Assembly (NCBI GenBank): GCA_963736545.1
Contig: CAVTPA010000001.1
Location: 3,038,940-3,102,939 of the forward strand
Direction: 5' to 3'
From: an uncultured Chloroflexia bacterium
Lineage (GTDB): Bacteria; Chloroflexota; Limnocylindria; Limnocylindrales; CSP1-4
DNA length: 64,000 nucleotides
In this document: piece by piece, positions 52,137-63,597 of the stretch
How positions within the stretch are numbered: position 1 is the stretch's first letter
How the letters are laid out: each line of letters starts with the position of its first letter
The notes under the pieces: generated by a model
The model's input: only the letters and a program-made list of their open reading frames with translations
Database searches by the model: none
What the model was told of the DNA's origin: nothing
Translations under genes and position numbers: made by a program

Positions 52137-54116
52137 ATGACGAACCCAACGGTCCGTACCGTCGCGCCATACGGGAGCTGGCGCTCGTCGATCGCCCCGG
52201 AGGCCCTGGTCGCCGGCAGCGTGCGGCTCGCCGAGCCCCGCTGGGACGGCGACGACCTCGTCTGGCTCGAGGGTCGCCCCGACGACGGCGGCCGCGCGAC
52301 GCTCGTCCGCCTCCGGCCGGGGGCCGGACCGGCCGACGTCAGCCCGCCCGGCGTGAACGTGCGGACGCGGGTCCACGAGTACGGCGGGGGGGCCTACCTT
52401 GCCGCCGGCGAGCTCGTCGTCGTCTCCGACTTCGCGAGCGGGCGGCTCCTGCGCGTGGCCCCGGACCGCACCGCGACTCCCCTCACGCCCGAGGGGCCGT
52501 TCCGCTTCGCCGACCTCGAGCACGACGCCCTCCGGGGGCGCCTCATCGCCGTGCGCGAGGATCACACCGGGCCGGGCGAGGCCGTGAACACGATCGTCGC
52601 GATCCCCCTCGACGGAAGCGCGGTCGACGACCCGGCGGCGATCCGCGTCCTCGTCGCAGGGAGCGACTTCTTCTCGTCGCCGCGCCTTGCCCCGGGGGGC
52701 GCGCGCCTGGCCTGGCTCCGCTGGGACCACCCGAACCTGCCGTGGGACGGCGCCGAGTGCCTGGTCGCGACGCTCGACGCGGACGGATCGCCCGTCGCGC
52801 CGCGGGTCGTGGCCGGCGATCCGGCGACGTGGACGACCCAGCCCCGGTGGCTGCCGGACGGGTCGCTCGTCGTCGCCACGGAGCCGGGTGAGTGGATCGG
52901 CCTGCACCGCTGGGACGGCGACCGCCTCACGCCCCTCACGGACGGGATCGCGGCCGAGTTCGCCGGCCCCGACTGGGTCTTCGGCCTCGCGTCCCACGGG
53001 GTGGCCGCCGACGGCTCCGTCCTCGGTGTCGGCCGGGCCCAGGGGAGGGACCGGATCTGGCGCATCGACCCCGCGCGCCTGCGCCCGCCGCAGCCGCTCG
53101 ACCTGCCGTTCACCGAGGTCTCGTCCCTCGTCGTCCGCGGGGCCGAGGCGGCCGCCGTCGTGGCCTCGCCGACGATGTTCCGAAGCCTCGTCCGGATCGA
53201 CCTCACGAGCGGCAGCTGGACGGTCGTCCGTCCCTCGTCGAGCCTCGAGCTGGACCCCGAGGTCATCGCGGTCGGCGAGCCCGTGACGTTCCCCACGGCC
53301 GGGGGCCGCTCGGCCCACGGGATCCTGTACCGCCCGACGAACCCCGGCTTCCGGGCGCCGGACGGGGAGCGGCCACCGCTCGTCGTCACGAGCCACGGCG
53401 GACCCACGTCGGCGGCGGCCACCGGCCTCTCGCTCACGGTTCAGCTCCTCGCGAGCCGCGGGATCGCCGTGCTCGACGTCGACTACGGGGGCAGCACGGG
53501 CTACGGCAGGGCCTACCGCAAGCGCCTCGAGGGGACGTGGGGCCTGACCGACGTCGACGACTGCGTCGCCGGTGCGCTGGAGATGTCCCGCCGCGGAGAG
53601 GCCGACGAGCGGCGGCTCGCGATCGAAGGCGGCAGCGCGTCGGGGTACACGACCCTGTGCGCGCTCGCCTTCCGCGACGTGTTCGCGGCCGGCGTCAGCT
53701 ACTTCGGCCTCGGGAACCTCGAGGCGTTCGCCGCCGAGACCCACAAGTTCGAGAGCCGCTACCTCGAGCGCCTCGTCGGACCGTACCCGGGCACCGTGGA
53801 CGTGTACCGAGAGCGTTCGCCGATCCTCCACCCCCAGGGCTTCTCCTGCCCCGTCCTCGTCCTGCAGGGTCTCGACGATCACGTCGTGCCGCCCAGCGAG
53901 GCGGAGCAAATCGTCGCGGCGCTCGCCGCGAAGGGGATCCCTCACGTCTACCTCGCGTTCGAGGGCGAGGACCACGGGTTCCGCCAGGCCGCCAACATCG
54001 TCCGCTCGGCCCAGGCGGAGCTCGCGTTCTACGGCGGCGTCTTCGGCTTCACGCCGGCCGACGACCTGCCGGGGCTGCCGTGGGTGAACGCGCCGGGCGA
54101 GATCCGGCCGGCGTGA
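52137..54116 (+). CDS. S9-family serine peptidase (prolyl oligopeptidase/acylaminoacyl-peptidase type) with an N-terminal beta-propeller
   Basis: 659 aa. Catalytic Ser in GGSASGYTT, Asp in GLDDHVVP and His in GEDHGF. Confidence 0.8.
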   Translation: MTNPTVRTVAPYGSWRSSIAPEALVAGSVRLAEPRWDGDDLVWLEGRPDDGGRATLVRLRPGAGPADVSPPGVNVRTRVHEYGGGAYLAAGELVVVSDFASGRLLRVAPDRTATPLTPEGPFRFADLEHDALRGRLIAVREDHTGPGEAVNTIVAIPLDGSAVDDPAAIRVLVAGSDFFSSPRLAPGGARLAWLRWDHPNLPWDGAECLVATLDADGSPVAPRVVAGDPATWTTQPRWLPDGSLVVATEPGEWIGLHRWDGDRLTPLTDGIAAEFAGPDWVFGLASHGVAADGSVLGVGRAQGRDRIWRIDPARLRPPQPLDLPFTEVSSLVVRGAEAAAVVASPTMFRSLVRIDLTSGSWTVVRPSSSLELDPEVIAVGEPVTFPTAGGRSAHGILYRPTNPGFRAPDGERPPLVVTSHGGPTSAAATGLSLTVQLLASRGIAVLDVDYGGSTGYGRAYRKRLEGTWGLTDVDDCVAGALEMSRRGEADERRLAIEGGSASGYTTLCALAFRDVFAAGVSYFGLGNLEAFAAETHKFESRYLERLVGPYPGTVDVYRERSPILHPQGFSCPVLVLQGLDDHVVPPSEAEQIVAALAAKGIPHVYLAFEGEDHGFRQAANIVRSAQAELAFYGGVFGFTPADDLPGLPWVNAPGEIRPA

Positions 54117-54814
54117 GGCGGTTCCGCTCGGGGACGGCCCTCGCGCTTGCGGCCGTCCTCGCCATGGCCTGCGGCGCGCCGTCGTCCACGTCGTCGCCCA
54201 GCCCGGCGTCGCCCTCGCCCGCCCTCACGCCGTCTCCGACGCCGAGCGCGTCGCCCTCGCCCGCCCCGACCCCGTCGCCGACGCCATCCGCGGCCCCGAC
54301 CGCGTCCCCCTCGCCCGTCGCCGAGACCGGGGACACGGGCCGGCCGACCCGCGTCGCCATCCCCTCGCTCGACATCGACCTGCCGATCATCGTCCCTCGG
54401 CGCGCCTCGACCTTCCCCCTCTGCGACGTGGCCGAGTACTTCCAGCGGCCGGCATTCCAGCACCCGGGCGCCGGCGGCGTGACCTACATCTACGCCCACG
54501 CCCAGGAAGGGATGTTCCTGCCGATCCTCCGGGCATCCCAGCGCCGCAACGGCCGCAGCATGCTCGGTGACACGGTGTCGGTATGGTCCAACGGCAATCA
54601 CCGCTACACGTACGAGATCGTCGAGGTGCGTCGCCGTCAGAAGACGCTCGCCTGGGCGTTCGACCTGCCCCCCAATTCGCTCGTCCTCCAGACGTCGGAG
54701 ACGCCGTACCGGGACGGTACGAAGACGATGATCGTCGCCCGCCAGGTCGGTGAGCCCATCGTGGTGGAGCGGGCCGAGGCCCGCCCGAAGCCGAAGCCGC
54801 GCGCCTGCGGCTGA
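54113..54814 (+). CDS. Hypothetical lipoprotein with a Ser/Pro/Thr linker and a sortase-like C-domain (tentative)
   Basis: GTG 54113 overlaps the peptidase stop as GTGA. Lipobox LAMAC. C-domain contains IPSLDIDLPIIVP...YAHAQ...LGDTVSVW...YTYEIVEV...LVLQTSETP. Confidence 0.6.
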   Translation: MRRFRSGTALALAAVLAMACGAPSSTSSPSPASPSPALTPSPTPSASPSPAPTPSPTPSAAPTASPSPVAETGDTGRPTRVAIPSLDIDLPIIVPRRASTFPLCDVAEYFQRPAFQHPGAGGVTYIYAHAQEGMFLPILRASQRRNGRSMLGDTVSVWSNGNHRYTYEIVEVRRRQKTLAWAFDLPPNSLVLQTSETPYRDGTKTMIVARQVGEPIVVERAEARPKPKPRACG

Positions 54815-54877
54815 CGTCGCGGACTCGCCGCCGCGACCCGCCGCGACGACGCCCGGCTGCGTGCTACGCTCGCCCTG

Positions 54878-56044
<1,167 letters not shown>

Positions 56045-56065
<21 letters not shown>

Positions 56066-56120
56066 GATCACCCGGACACGTCGGCCCCGGCAGCGCCTGC
56101 CGAGACCCGTCGCCGGCTGA
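56045..56120 (+). repeat. 21-bp direct repeat duplicating the 3' end of metK
   Basis: ccgagacccgtcgccggctga occurs at 56045..56065 (including the stop codon) and again at 56100..56120. The hairpin ccgtccggc-cggcagc-gccggacgg follows at about 56142..56166. Confidence 0.6.
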
Positions 56121-56353
56121 CGCCGGCATGTCGCGCCCCGTCCGTCCGGCCGGCAGCGCCGGACGGTCAGCACGGCACGGGACCGGCGCCGCCGACGGGC
56201 CGGGACCATCGACCCCTTCCTCGACTTCGCTTGATCGGGCATCCTTGGCGCCGCGGGGGAGCGGAACGCCCCGCCTGTCCTGGAGCGCCCGTGTCCTTCG
56301 GCCCGCCGACCCCGGATCTCGCCACCGCCCTGCCGACGGGTGGCCCCGCCGTC

Positions 56354-57253
<900 letters not shown>

Positions 57254-57381
57254 CGACCGCCGCGGATCGCCTGGCGCGGCCCTGACGCGTCCCGTCGGCC
57301 TGGCATCGTCCGCCGGCATCGCGCCCCGCGGACGCCCCTTGGCCACGATCCGTCGCCCGCCGGCCCGCTAGACTCACCTCG

Positions 57382-58458
57382 ATGTACGTCGTGATCCTGG
57401 CCGGCGGGGGCGGCACCCGACTCTGGCCGTTGTCGCGCCCGGACCGGCCGAAGCCGTTCCTGCACCTCCTCGGCGACCGGACGCTGCTGCGGGCGACGTT
57501 CGAGCGGGCCCTGCCGGCCGTCGGCGGGCCGGGAGACGTGGCTGTCGTCGTCGACGCGCGCCACGCGGCGCTGGTCCGGGACGAGCTGCCGGAGCTCCCC
57601 CCGGCGAACGTCGTTGCCGAGCCCGTCGGTCGCAACACCGCGGCCGCCATCGCCCTCGCCGCGGTCGCCCTCGAGCGCGACCCGGGTGACGTGATGGCCG
57701 TGCTGCCGGCGGACCACCTCGTCGTCGACGAAGGGGGCTTCCGTGACGTGCTGGCAAGGGCCGCCGCGGTCGCACGCGCGCCCGATCGCCCGCTCGTCAC
57801 GCTCGGCATCGCCGCGAGCGGACCCGAGACGGGGTACGGCTACGTCGTGGCCGGCGGACCTCGCCCCGAGGCCGGCGCGGCAGCGGTCGCCCGGTTCGTG
57901 GAGAAGCCGTCCGCCGACGCCGCAGCGGCCCTCCTTGCCGGCCCCGCCGCCGTCGCCTGGAACGCTGGGATCTTCCTCTGGCGCCGCTCCGCGATCCTCG
58001 ACGCGCTCGCGGCGTCCGCGCCCGACATCCTGGCCGCGATCCGTGGCGGTGTCACCGGCGGCCCGGCCGCGCTCGAGGCGGCCTACGCGACCGTGCGCGC
58101 CACCTCGATCGACTACGCGGTGCTGGAGCCGGCGTCGCTCGCCGGCCGCGTGGCGATGGTGCGGGCCGACGTGGGCTGGAGCGACCTCGGCAGCTGGTCG
58201 GCCCTGCGCGACGCTCTCGTGGCGCGCGCCGTGGCCGCAGGCGAGCCCGCCGGCGTCGTCGGCAGCGGCCCCCGGCGGGACGTCGGCTCCGAGCGAACCC
58301 TCGTCCACGCCGGCGACCGCCTCGTCGTGACGATCGGCCTGCGGGACACGGTCGTCGTCGACACGCCGGACGCGCTCCTCGTCTGCGCCGCCGACCGCTC
58401 CCAGGAGGTCCGGGCGATCGCCGAGGACCTGGCCCGGGCCAGGGAGGTGGACCCGTGA
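57382..58458 (+). CDS. manC: Mannose-1-phosphate guanylyltransferase (GDP-mannose pyrophosphorylase)
   Basis: MYVVILAGGGGTRLWPLSRPDRPKPFL with the nucleotidyltransferase fold. The stop overlaps the next start as GTGA. Confidence 0.85.
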   Translation: MYVVILAGGGGTRLWPLSRPDRPKPFLHLLGDRTLLRATFERALPAVGGPGDVAVVVDARHAALVRDELPELPPANVVAEPVGRNTAAAIALAAVALERDPGDVMAVLPADHLVVDEGGFRDVLARAAAVARAPDRPLVTLGIAASGPETGYGYVVAGGPRPEAGAAAVARFVEKPSADAAAALLAGPAAVAWNAGIFLWRRSAILDALAASAPDILAAIRGGVTGGPAALEAAYATVRATSIDYAVLEPASLAGRVAMVRADVGWSDLGSWSALRDALVARAVAAGEPAGVVGSGPRRDVGSERTLVHAGDRLVVTIGLRDTVVVDTPDALLVCAADRSQEVRAIAEDLARAREVDP

Positions 58459-59942
58459 CGAGGCAGGAGATCGGCGGGCCCCTGGCCCCGACGGCGATCG
58501 CCTTCGGCACCGACGGCTGGCGGGCCCGGGTCGCCGAGGAATTCACGTACCAGAACGTCCGCCGCTGCGCGGAGGGCGTTGCCCGCTACGTCGTCGACCG
58601 CGGCGAGGCGGCGAGGAGCGTCGTCGTGGCCTACGACCGGCGCTTCTCGTCGGAGCACTTCGCCGCCGCTGCAGCGGAGGTCCTCCTCGGGTACGACATC
58701 CCGGTCGCCTTCGCCGCGACGGCCGTCCCGACGCAGATGGCGAGCTTCGAGGTCGTGACGCGCGGCGCGGCGGCCGGTGTCGTCATCACGGCGAGCCACA
58801 ACCCGTGGACCGACAACGGGTTCAAGGTCAAGGCGCCGACCGGCGCGGCGGCCGGCCCCGAGCTGCTCGCCACGCTCGAGGCCGTGATCGCGACGAACGG
58901 CGCCCGCCCCATCCCGGTCCGGCCGCTCGCCGATGCCGAGGCGGCTGGGCTCGTCGAGCGCTTCGACCCCTACCCGGGCTACGAGCGGTTCGTCCGGCGG
59001 ACCCTCGACCTCGACGCCCTCCGGGCCGCAGACGCGCGGGTCCTCGTCGATCCCCTGTGGGGCGCCGGGGCCGGCTGGATCGGCCGCCTGCTCGCCGGCG
59101 GGCGGATCGACGTCGTGGAGATCCACGCCGAGCGCAACCCGTGGTTCGGCGGCGTCAACCCGGAGCCGATCCGGCCGAACGTCGACGAGGCGCTCGGGAT
59201 CGTCGCCGGCGGCGGGTTCGACCTCGGCCTTCTCCTCGACGGTGATGCCGATCGGGCCGGCGCGATCGACGAGCGGGGCGTCTTCGTCCACCAGCTGCAG
59301 GTCTACGGGCTCCTCATGTACTACCTGGCCGAGCACCGCGGGCTGCGCGATCCCGTCGTGAAGAGCGTCAACACGACGTCGATGGCCGAGCGCCTGGGCG
59401 AGCGGTACGGGATCGCGGTCCACGAGGTCCCGGTCGGGTTCAAGCACATCGCCCCGAAGATGATCGAGACCGGGGCGATGTACGGCGGCGAGGAGTCCGG
59501 CGGCTACGGGTTCGGGATGCACCTCCCGGAGCGCGACGGGATCTACGTCGACCTCCTCCTGCTCGACCTGTTCCTCCGCGAGCGCGCGGCCGGCCGCTGG
59601 CCCGTGTCGCGGGCGATCGAGCACCTCCACGAGATCGCCGGGCCGTCGCACTACCAGCGGCTCGACGTCCACGTCGAGCGGGCGACGTACCCGGCACTGA
59701 AGGAGCGGCTGGCGGTCGAGCTCGTCGAGCGCGCTCCGACCGAGCTCGCGGGCCAACCGCTGGCGCGGACCGTCGAGCTCGCGACGAAGGACGGCTTCAA
59801 GTTCTTCATCGGCGACGGCTCGTGGCTGATGGTCCGGTTCAGCGGAACCGAGCCGCTCGTGCGCGTCTACACGGAGGCCACCTCGGCGGCCGTGGCCGAC
59901 GCCTGCCTCGCCGCGGGCGAGGCGCTCGTCCGGGGCGGCTGA
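58455..59942 (+). CDS. manB: Phosphomannomutase/phosphoglucomutase
   Basis: Active-site Ser loop TASHNPWTDNGFK and metal-binding loop DGDADR. GEESGG is present. Confidence 0.85.
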   Translation: MTRQEIGGPLAPTAIAFGTDGWRARVAEEFTYQNVRRCAEGVARYVVDRGEAARSVVVAYDRRFSSEHFAAAAAEVLLGYDIPVAFAATAVPTQMASFEVVTRGAAAGVVITASHNPWTDNGFKVKAPTGAAAGPELLATLEAVIATNGARPIPVRPLADAEAAGLVERFDPYPGYERFVRRTLDLDALRAADARVLVDPLWGAGAGWIGRLLAGGRIDVVEIHAERNPWFGGVNPEPIRPNVDEALGIVAGGGFDLGLLLDGDADRAGAIDERGVFVHQLQVYGLLMYYLAEHRGLRDPVVKSVNTTSMAERLGERYGIAVHEVPVGFKHIAPKMIETGAMYGGEESGGYGFGMHLPERDGIYVDLLLLDLFLRERAAGRWPVSRAIEHLHEIAGPSHYQRLDVHVERATYPALKERLAVELVERAPTELAGQPLARTVELATKDGFKFFIGDGSWLMVRFSGTEPLVRVYTEATSAAVADACLAAGEALVRGG

Positions 59943-60097
59943 CCTCGCCGGTTCGCGACGCCGCGCGGCGGGCCGGGCAGCCCCTCTCTTGGCGGTCGGT
60001 AGTAGAGTTTGGGGACGACCGCCCCTTCCCGACCGCGGAGCGCACGGCCGGGCGGCGGGTCGCTCGAATGGCCACGGGCCACGGAGGGACCTCGGCG

Positions 60098-60379
60098 ATG
60101 CACAGCTCTCTCATCGGCAAGGTCGAGAAGGCGAATCGGTACGCCCGCGAGCGCGATCGCCTGACGTTCGACCGACTTGGCGTCACGTTCCGCGGGGACA
60201 ACGACACCCATCACGTGAGCCTCGATGCCGGTGCCTGGCACTGCACGTGCCATTACTTCGAGAGCTGGAAGAGCTGCGTCCATCAGCTGACCCTGCAGAA
60301 GATCCTCGGCGACATGCTGCCGGAGGCCGCCCAGGTCTCGATCTTCACCGCCGTCGAGGAGACCGCGGCCGCCAACTGA
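60098..60379 (+). CDS. SWIM zinc-finger domain protein
   Basis: 93 aa from ATG 60098 with GGAGGG 11 nt upstream. The CxCx(n)CxH motif is WHCTCHYFESWKSCVH. GC is locally lower. ATG 60068 is an alternative start. Confidence 0.55.
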   Translation: MHSSLIGKVEKANRYARERDRLTFDRLGVTFRGDNDTHHVSLDAGAWHCTCHYFESWKSCVHQLTLQKILGDMLPEAAQVSIFTAVEETAAAN

Positions 60380-60464
60380 TCCCGCAGGGACGCGCCCGCA
60401 GGGCCGCGCCCGCGCACCGCGCTGCTCGAGGACCCGGGCCGCGCGCCGGCGTGCGTCCCGCTCG

Positions 60465-61502
60465 TCACGGCGCGCGAACCCAGGCAACGATCGCGCTCCC
60501 CGGCTCCTCGTCGAGGTCCACCGTGCCGGCGGCGAGCCACGACGGGCCGTCCCGGGCCAGGACGTCCACCCGGTCGGGGGCGCCGCCGTCGCCGAGCCGC
60601 ACGACCGCGACGAGCGACCCGTCGGCGGCGATCGCCACCGCGCCGACGCCGTCCCGCCCCTCCAGGGGGAGCGTGTGGGTCGGGAGGCGGCCCTGGCGCA
60701 GCTCATCAAGACTCCCGATGCGGACGTCGACGTCGCCGACGATCGCGAAGACGTCGCCGCCCGCGGTGACGGCGCGAGCGGCCAGCGGGAGCGTCACGAA
60801 GGAGCCGGCCGGCGCCAGGCGCGCAAGGGCGCCGCGGTCGTTCGGGTCGCGGACGACGAACGCGACCTGTCCGTCGGGCAACGCGGCGAGCCCCGGGCCG
60901 TCCGCCTCGAGGGGGATCTCGACGGCGACCGGCGTCCTCGCGTCGAGCCGAGTCCGAACGACGACGGTCCTCCGCGCGCCCGTCCCCGGTGTGCCGGCCA
61001 GCAGCAGGAGCTCCCCGGCCGGGGAGCTCCACGTCGCTCCGAGCACGGGGCCCGGCAACCCGCCCGGGGGCGTGACCCGCTCGAGGTCGCGCCACGGCGG
61101 CGCGGTCTCGAGGAGATCGCCGCCCCGGGGCAGCGTCCAGGCGTGACCGTCGGGCGCGACCGCCGCCACGGCACCGTCGGCGGCCACGGCGAGCGCTGCG
61201 AGCGCCGTCGCGCCTGGAGGCAGGACGAGCGGGACCGGGCCCTCGTCCGACGTGCCGGGGGGACCCGGGCCGAACGCGATCGCGCGCGGCTCGACCGTCG
61301 GGTCGGAGACGACGACGAGCCGCCAGCCGGCCGGCCACGAGCCGCCCGTCGCGGACGCGGAGGGGGATCCCGCGCGGGCCGCGGTCGGGGAAGGGCGGCC
61401 GTCGTGAGGCCGCGGCTCGCAGGCGCCCGCGACGACGGCGACGAGGACGAGTGCCGCCGCGACGACCGGAGTCGCCGCGGCGGCAAGCGCCGGGTATCGC
61501 AT
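60465..61502 (-). CDS. Hypothetical lipoprotein with beta-propeller-like repeats
   Basis: 345 aa from ATG 61502. Signal peptide and lipobox MRYPALAAAATPVVAAALVLVAVVAGAC. Repeated PDGxxAxV segments. Confidence 0.6.
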   Translation of the reverse strand: MRYPALAAAATPVVAAALVLVAVVAGACEPRPHDGRPSPTAARAGSPSASATGGSWPAGWRLVVVSDPTVEPRAIAFGPGPPGTSDEGPVPLVLPPGATALAALAVAADGAVAAVAPDGHAWTLPRGGDLLETAPPWRDLERVTPPGGLPGPVLGATWSSPAGELLLLAGTPGTGARRTVVVRTRLDARTPVAVEIPLEADGPGLAALPDGQVAFVVRDPNDRGALARLAPAGSFVTLPLAARAVTAGGDVFAIVGDVDVRIGSLDELRQGRLPTHTLPLEGRDGVGAVAIAADGSLVAVVRLGDGGAPDRVDVLARDGPSWLAAGTVDLDEEPGSAIVAWVRAP

Positions 61503-61516
61503 CGGCGGGGCGGAGG

Positions 61517-62446
61517 TCACCGGAGGATGTCCCCGCCGAGGAGCGTGCCGTCGCCGGCGTCGAGGTAGAGCTCGATCGCGCGAAGCCGCTCGGCGAGTGG
61601 GCCGCTCGTCCGGGCGCGGGCGACCCAGGCGAGACGGAGGACGGGGTCCGGCGCGTCCGGCGCGGCGGCGTCGAACGTGTCGTTTGGTGCGACCCAGGCG
61701 AGGTCCAGGCCCACGAGGCTCGTCTGGGTGGCAGCGCCGGCACCGAGGAGCGTCGCGAGTCGCTCCCGGGCGAGGCGCTCGGCGGTCTCGCGGTCGAGGC
61801 GCGTGGTCGGCTCGGGCGCCAGCGTGCGGAGGCGCTCCGCGACGGCGTGGAGGGTCCCGTCCGCGAAGAGCGTCACGGACGCCCCGTCGCCGAGCGCGGC
61901 GATCCCGTCCACGGTCCGGCTCCACGTCGCCCGCCACCCGCCGTCGACGTCCCGGTCCACGACGGGGCGTCCGCCGACGGCCAGCCCGGCCGACCGGGCG
62001 ACGTCGGCCGCGCGGGCCGCCGCTCGCTCGGGACCGATCGGCGCGCCGTCGCGGGCGCGCCAGCCCAGGCGCACGGCCGCGGCGAGGCGGCCGTCGGTCC
62101 GCATCCGGACGATCGCCACGCGCCTCCCGGCCTCGTCGCGCACGACGACCTCGTCGAGTGCGTGGCCGGCGAAGCGGTCGACGACGCGGGCCGCCCGGGC
62201 CTTCGGCCCCGTCGGCAGCCCGAGGGCCCGGGCGTGGCCGAGGCCGCGGGCCTGCACCGTGGCAGCCTCGTCTCTCGTCAGGTCGCGGTGCACGACGGCG
62301 CGCTCGCCGGCGCGGTAGCGGTCGCCGGCCGCACCGGGGGCGGGACCGGCCGGGCCGCCTGCCAGGAATGCAACGCCGGCCACCGCGAGCGCGACCGGCA
62401 CGAGGGCGCCCGCACGTCGGGCGCGGGAACGGAAGAGGGTCATCGC
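61517..62446 (-). CDS. Hypothetical secreted protein
   Basis: 309 aa from ATG 62446 with the signal peptide MTLFRSRARRAGALVPVALAVAGVAFLAG. Lies 15 bp upstream of the lipoprotein gene on the same strand. Confidence 0.55.
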   Translation of the reverse strand, partial: AMTLFRSRARRAGALVPVALAVAGVAFLAGGPAGPAPGAAGDRYRAGERAVVHRDLTRDEAATVQARGLGHARALGLPTGPKARAARVVDRFAGHALDEVVVRDEAGRRVAIVRMRTDGRLAAAVRLGWRARDGAPIGPERAAARAADVARSAGLAVGGRPVVDRDVDGGWRATWSRTVDGIAALGDGASVTLFADGTLHAVAERLRTLAPEPTTRLDRETAERLARERLATLLGAGAATQTSLVGLDLAWVAPNDTFDAAAPDAPDPVLRLAWVARARTSGPLAERLRAIELYLDAGDGTLLGGDILR

Positions 62447-62453
62447 AGCCACC

Positions 62454-63212
62454 TCACAGGCACAGGTCGCAGCCCGACGGGAGGGGTCCCGCCCGGCCGG
62501 TGTAGACGTAGGAGCCCCACCAGTTCGCCGTGAACGCGTGGGAGAAGACCTGGGCCGCGGCGACGTCGAACGCCTCGCCGGCACCGTAGCCGGGCCCGAT
62601 CGCGTTCCAGAACGCGACCTCGAACTGCCACTCGTCGTTGTCCCAGGCGTCGCCGAGGTAGCCGACGAAGAACTCCGGTCCGCCCCACGTGCCCTCGCGG
62701 TACTTCTTCTTGGCGATCGCGAACGCGCCCGGCATCGTCGAGGTGTCCTCGCCCACGTGGCACATCGACATGACGACGAGGTTGCTCTGCTGGCCCGACC
62801 GCTTCGTCGCGATGTCCTTGGAGTAGACGACGGCCTGGTTGCACTTCCCGGCGTCCTCGCGGAAGCCGGAGTAGCGCCTCCCGTCGGCGGCGTGCCAGTA
62901 GTGGTCGCCGTGACTGTGGACGTAGGTGCCCCAGTCGGCCGCGGTGCGGTTCAGGTAGGCGCCGCGGGTGAAGCCGGCGCCCATGTACGTCCTCGTCGCG
63001 TAACCGAGCTCGGCAAACGCGGCGTTGGCCGCCTTCAGCATCTTCTCGGGGTACGGGTCGTCGAAGGACAGGCAGGGCGGCTCGAACGCGGTCTCGTTCG
63101 ACGCGATCGAGCCGGGGTACTCGGCGGCCCGCGCGGGGCCGGCCCCGGCGGCGGCGAAGGACGCGGCGAGCGTGAGAAGGGCGAGACGGCGGGTCCATCG
63201 TCCGGGCGACAT
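62454..63212 (-). CDS. Hypothetical secreted Cys/His/Trp-rich protein
   Basis: About 252 aa. Signal peptide MSPGRWTRRLALLTLAASFAAAGAGPARA. The mature part has His clusters (HSHGDHYWH) and six Cys. Sequence is lower in GC and less biased. The overlapping ORF 62440..63198 is rejected. Confidence 0.6.
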   Translation of the reverse strand: MSPGRWTRRLALLTLAASFAAAGAGPARAAEYPGSIASNETAFEPPCLSFDDPYPEKMLKAANAAFAELGYATRTYMGAGFTRGAYLNRTAADWGTYVHSHGDHYWHAADGRRYSGFREDAGKCNQAVVYSKDIATKRSGQQSNLVVMSMCHVGEDTSTMPGAFAIAKKKYREGTWGGPEFFVGYLGDAWDNDEWQFEVAFWNAIGPGYGAGEAFDVAAAQVFSHAFTANWWGSYVYTGRAGPLPSGCDLCL

Positions 63213-63334
63213 CCGGTGCAACCTCCTCCGGCGGGGTGGATTGGGCGGGAGGAGGCGGGTTCCGACGGCGTCGGCGACACCGCTCGCGGCAGTCTGCCGG
63301 CGGGCGCTTATCCGGGCCTTATCGGGCCGTTCGG

Positions 63335-63560
63335 CTCGCAGAGGGTGTGCCCGCGCGTGCTACGCTCCACCCGTCACCAAGACACGCCGCGTGGTCGCGA
63401 AGCCGGTGCGAATCCGGCACAGTCCCGCTACGGTGACCGTCCCCCTCGGGGGACGGAAGTCCGGTCGCCGGCCCCGCGGTGCAGCCGCTCGAACCCTCGA
63501 GAGAAAGGGGCAGGCCGGTATGCACGCTCCGACATAGGACCTCGCGCCGTCGCCGCGCGC
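63335..63560 (+). promoter_or_regulatory. Cobalamin (AdoCbl) riboswitch
   Basis: Conserved core GAAGCCGGTGCGAATCCGGCACAGTCCCGCTACGGTGA with a B12-box-like GCTACGGTG, a downstream GGGGGACGGAAGTCCGG element, and an expression-platform hairpin (gcgcgcc-ctc-ggcgcgc) just before the GTG of a BtuF-like gene. Boundaries are approximate. Confidence 0.75.
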
Positions 63561-63597
63561 CCTCGGCGCGCCCATCGCATCGTTCGCGAGGTCCTTC

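Noticed and set aside
62440-63198. 252-aa minus ORF overlapping the secreted Cys/His-rich protein gene
   Set aside because: It is an alternative frame of the same region without a signal peptide or balanced composition. The 62454..63212 frame has a signal peptide and a coherent domain.
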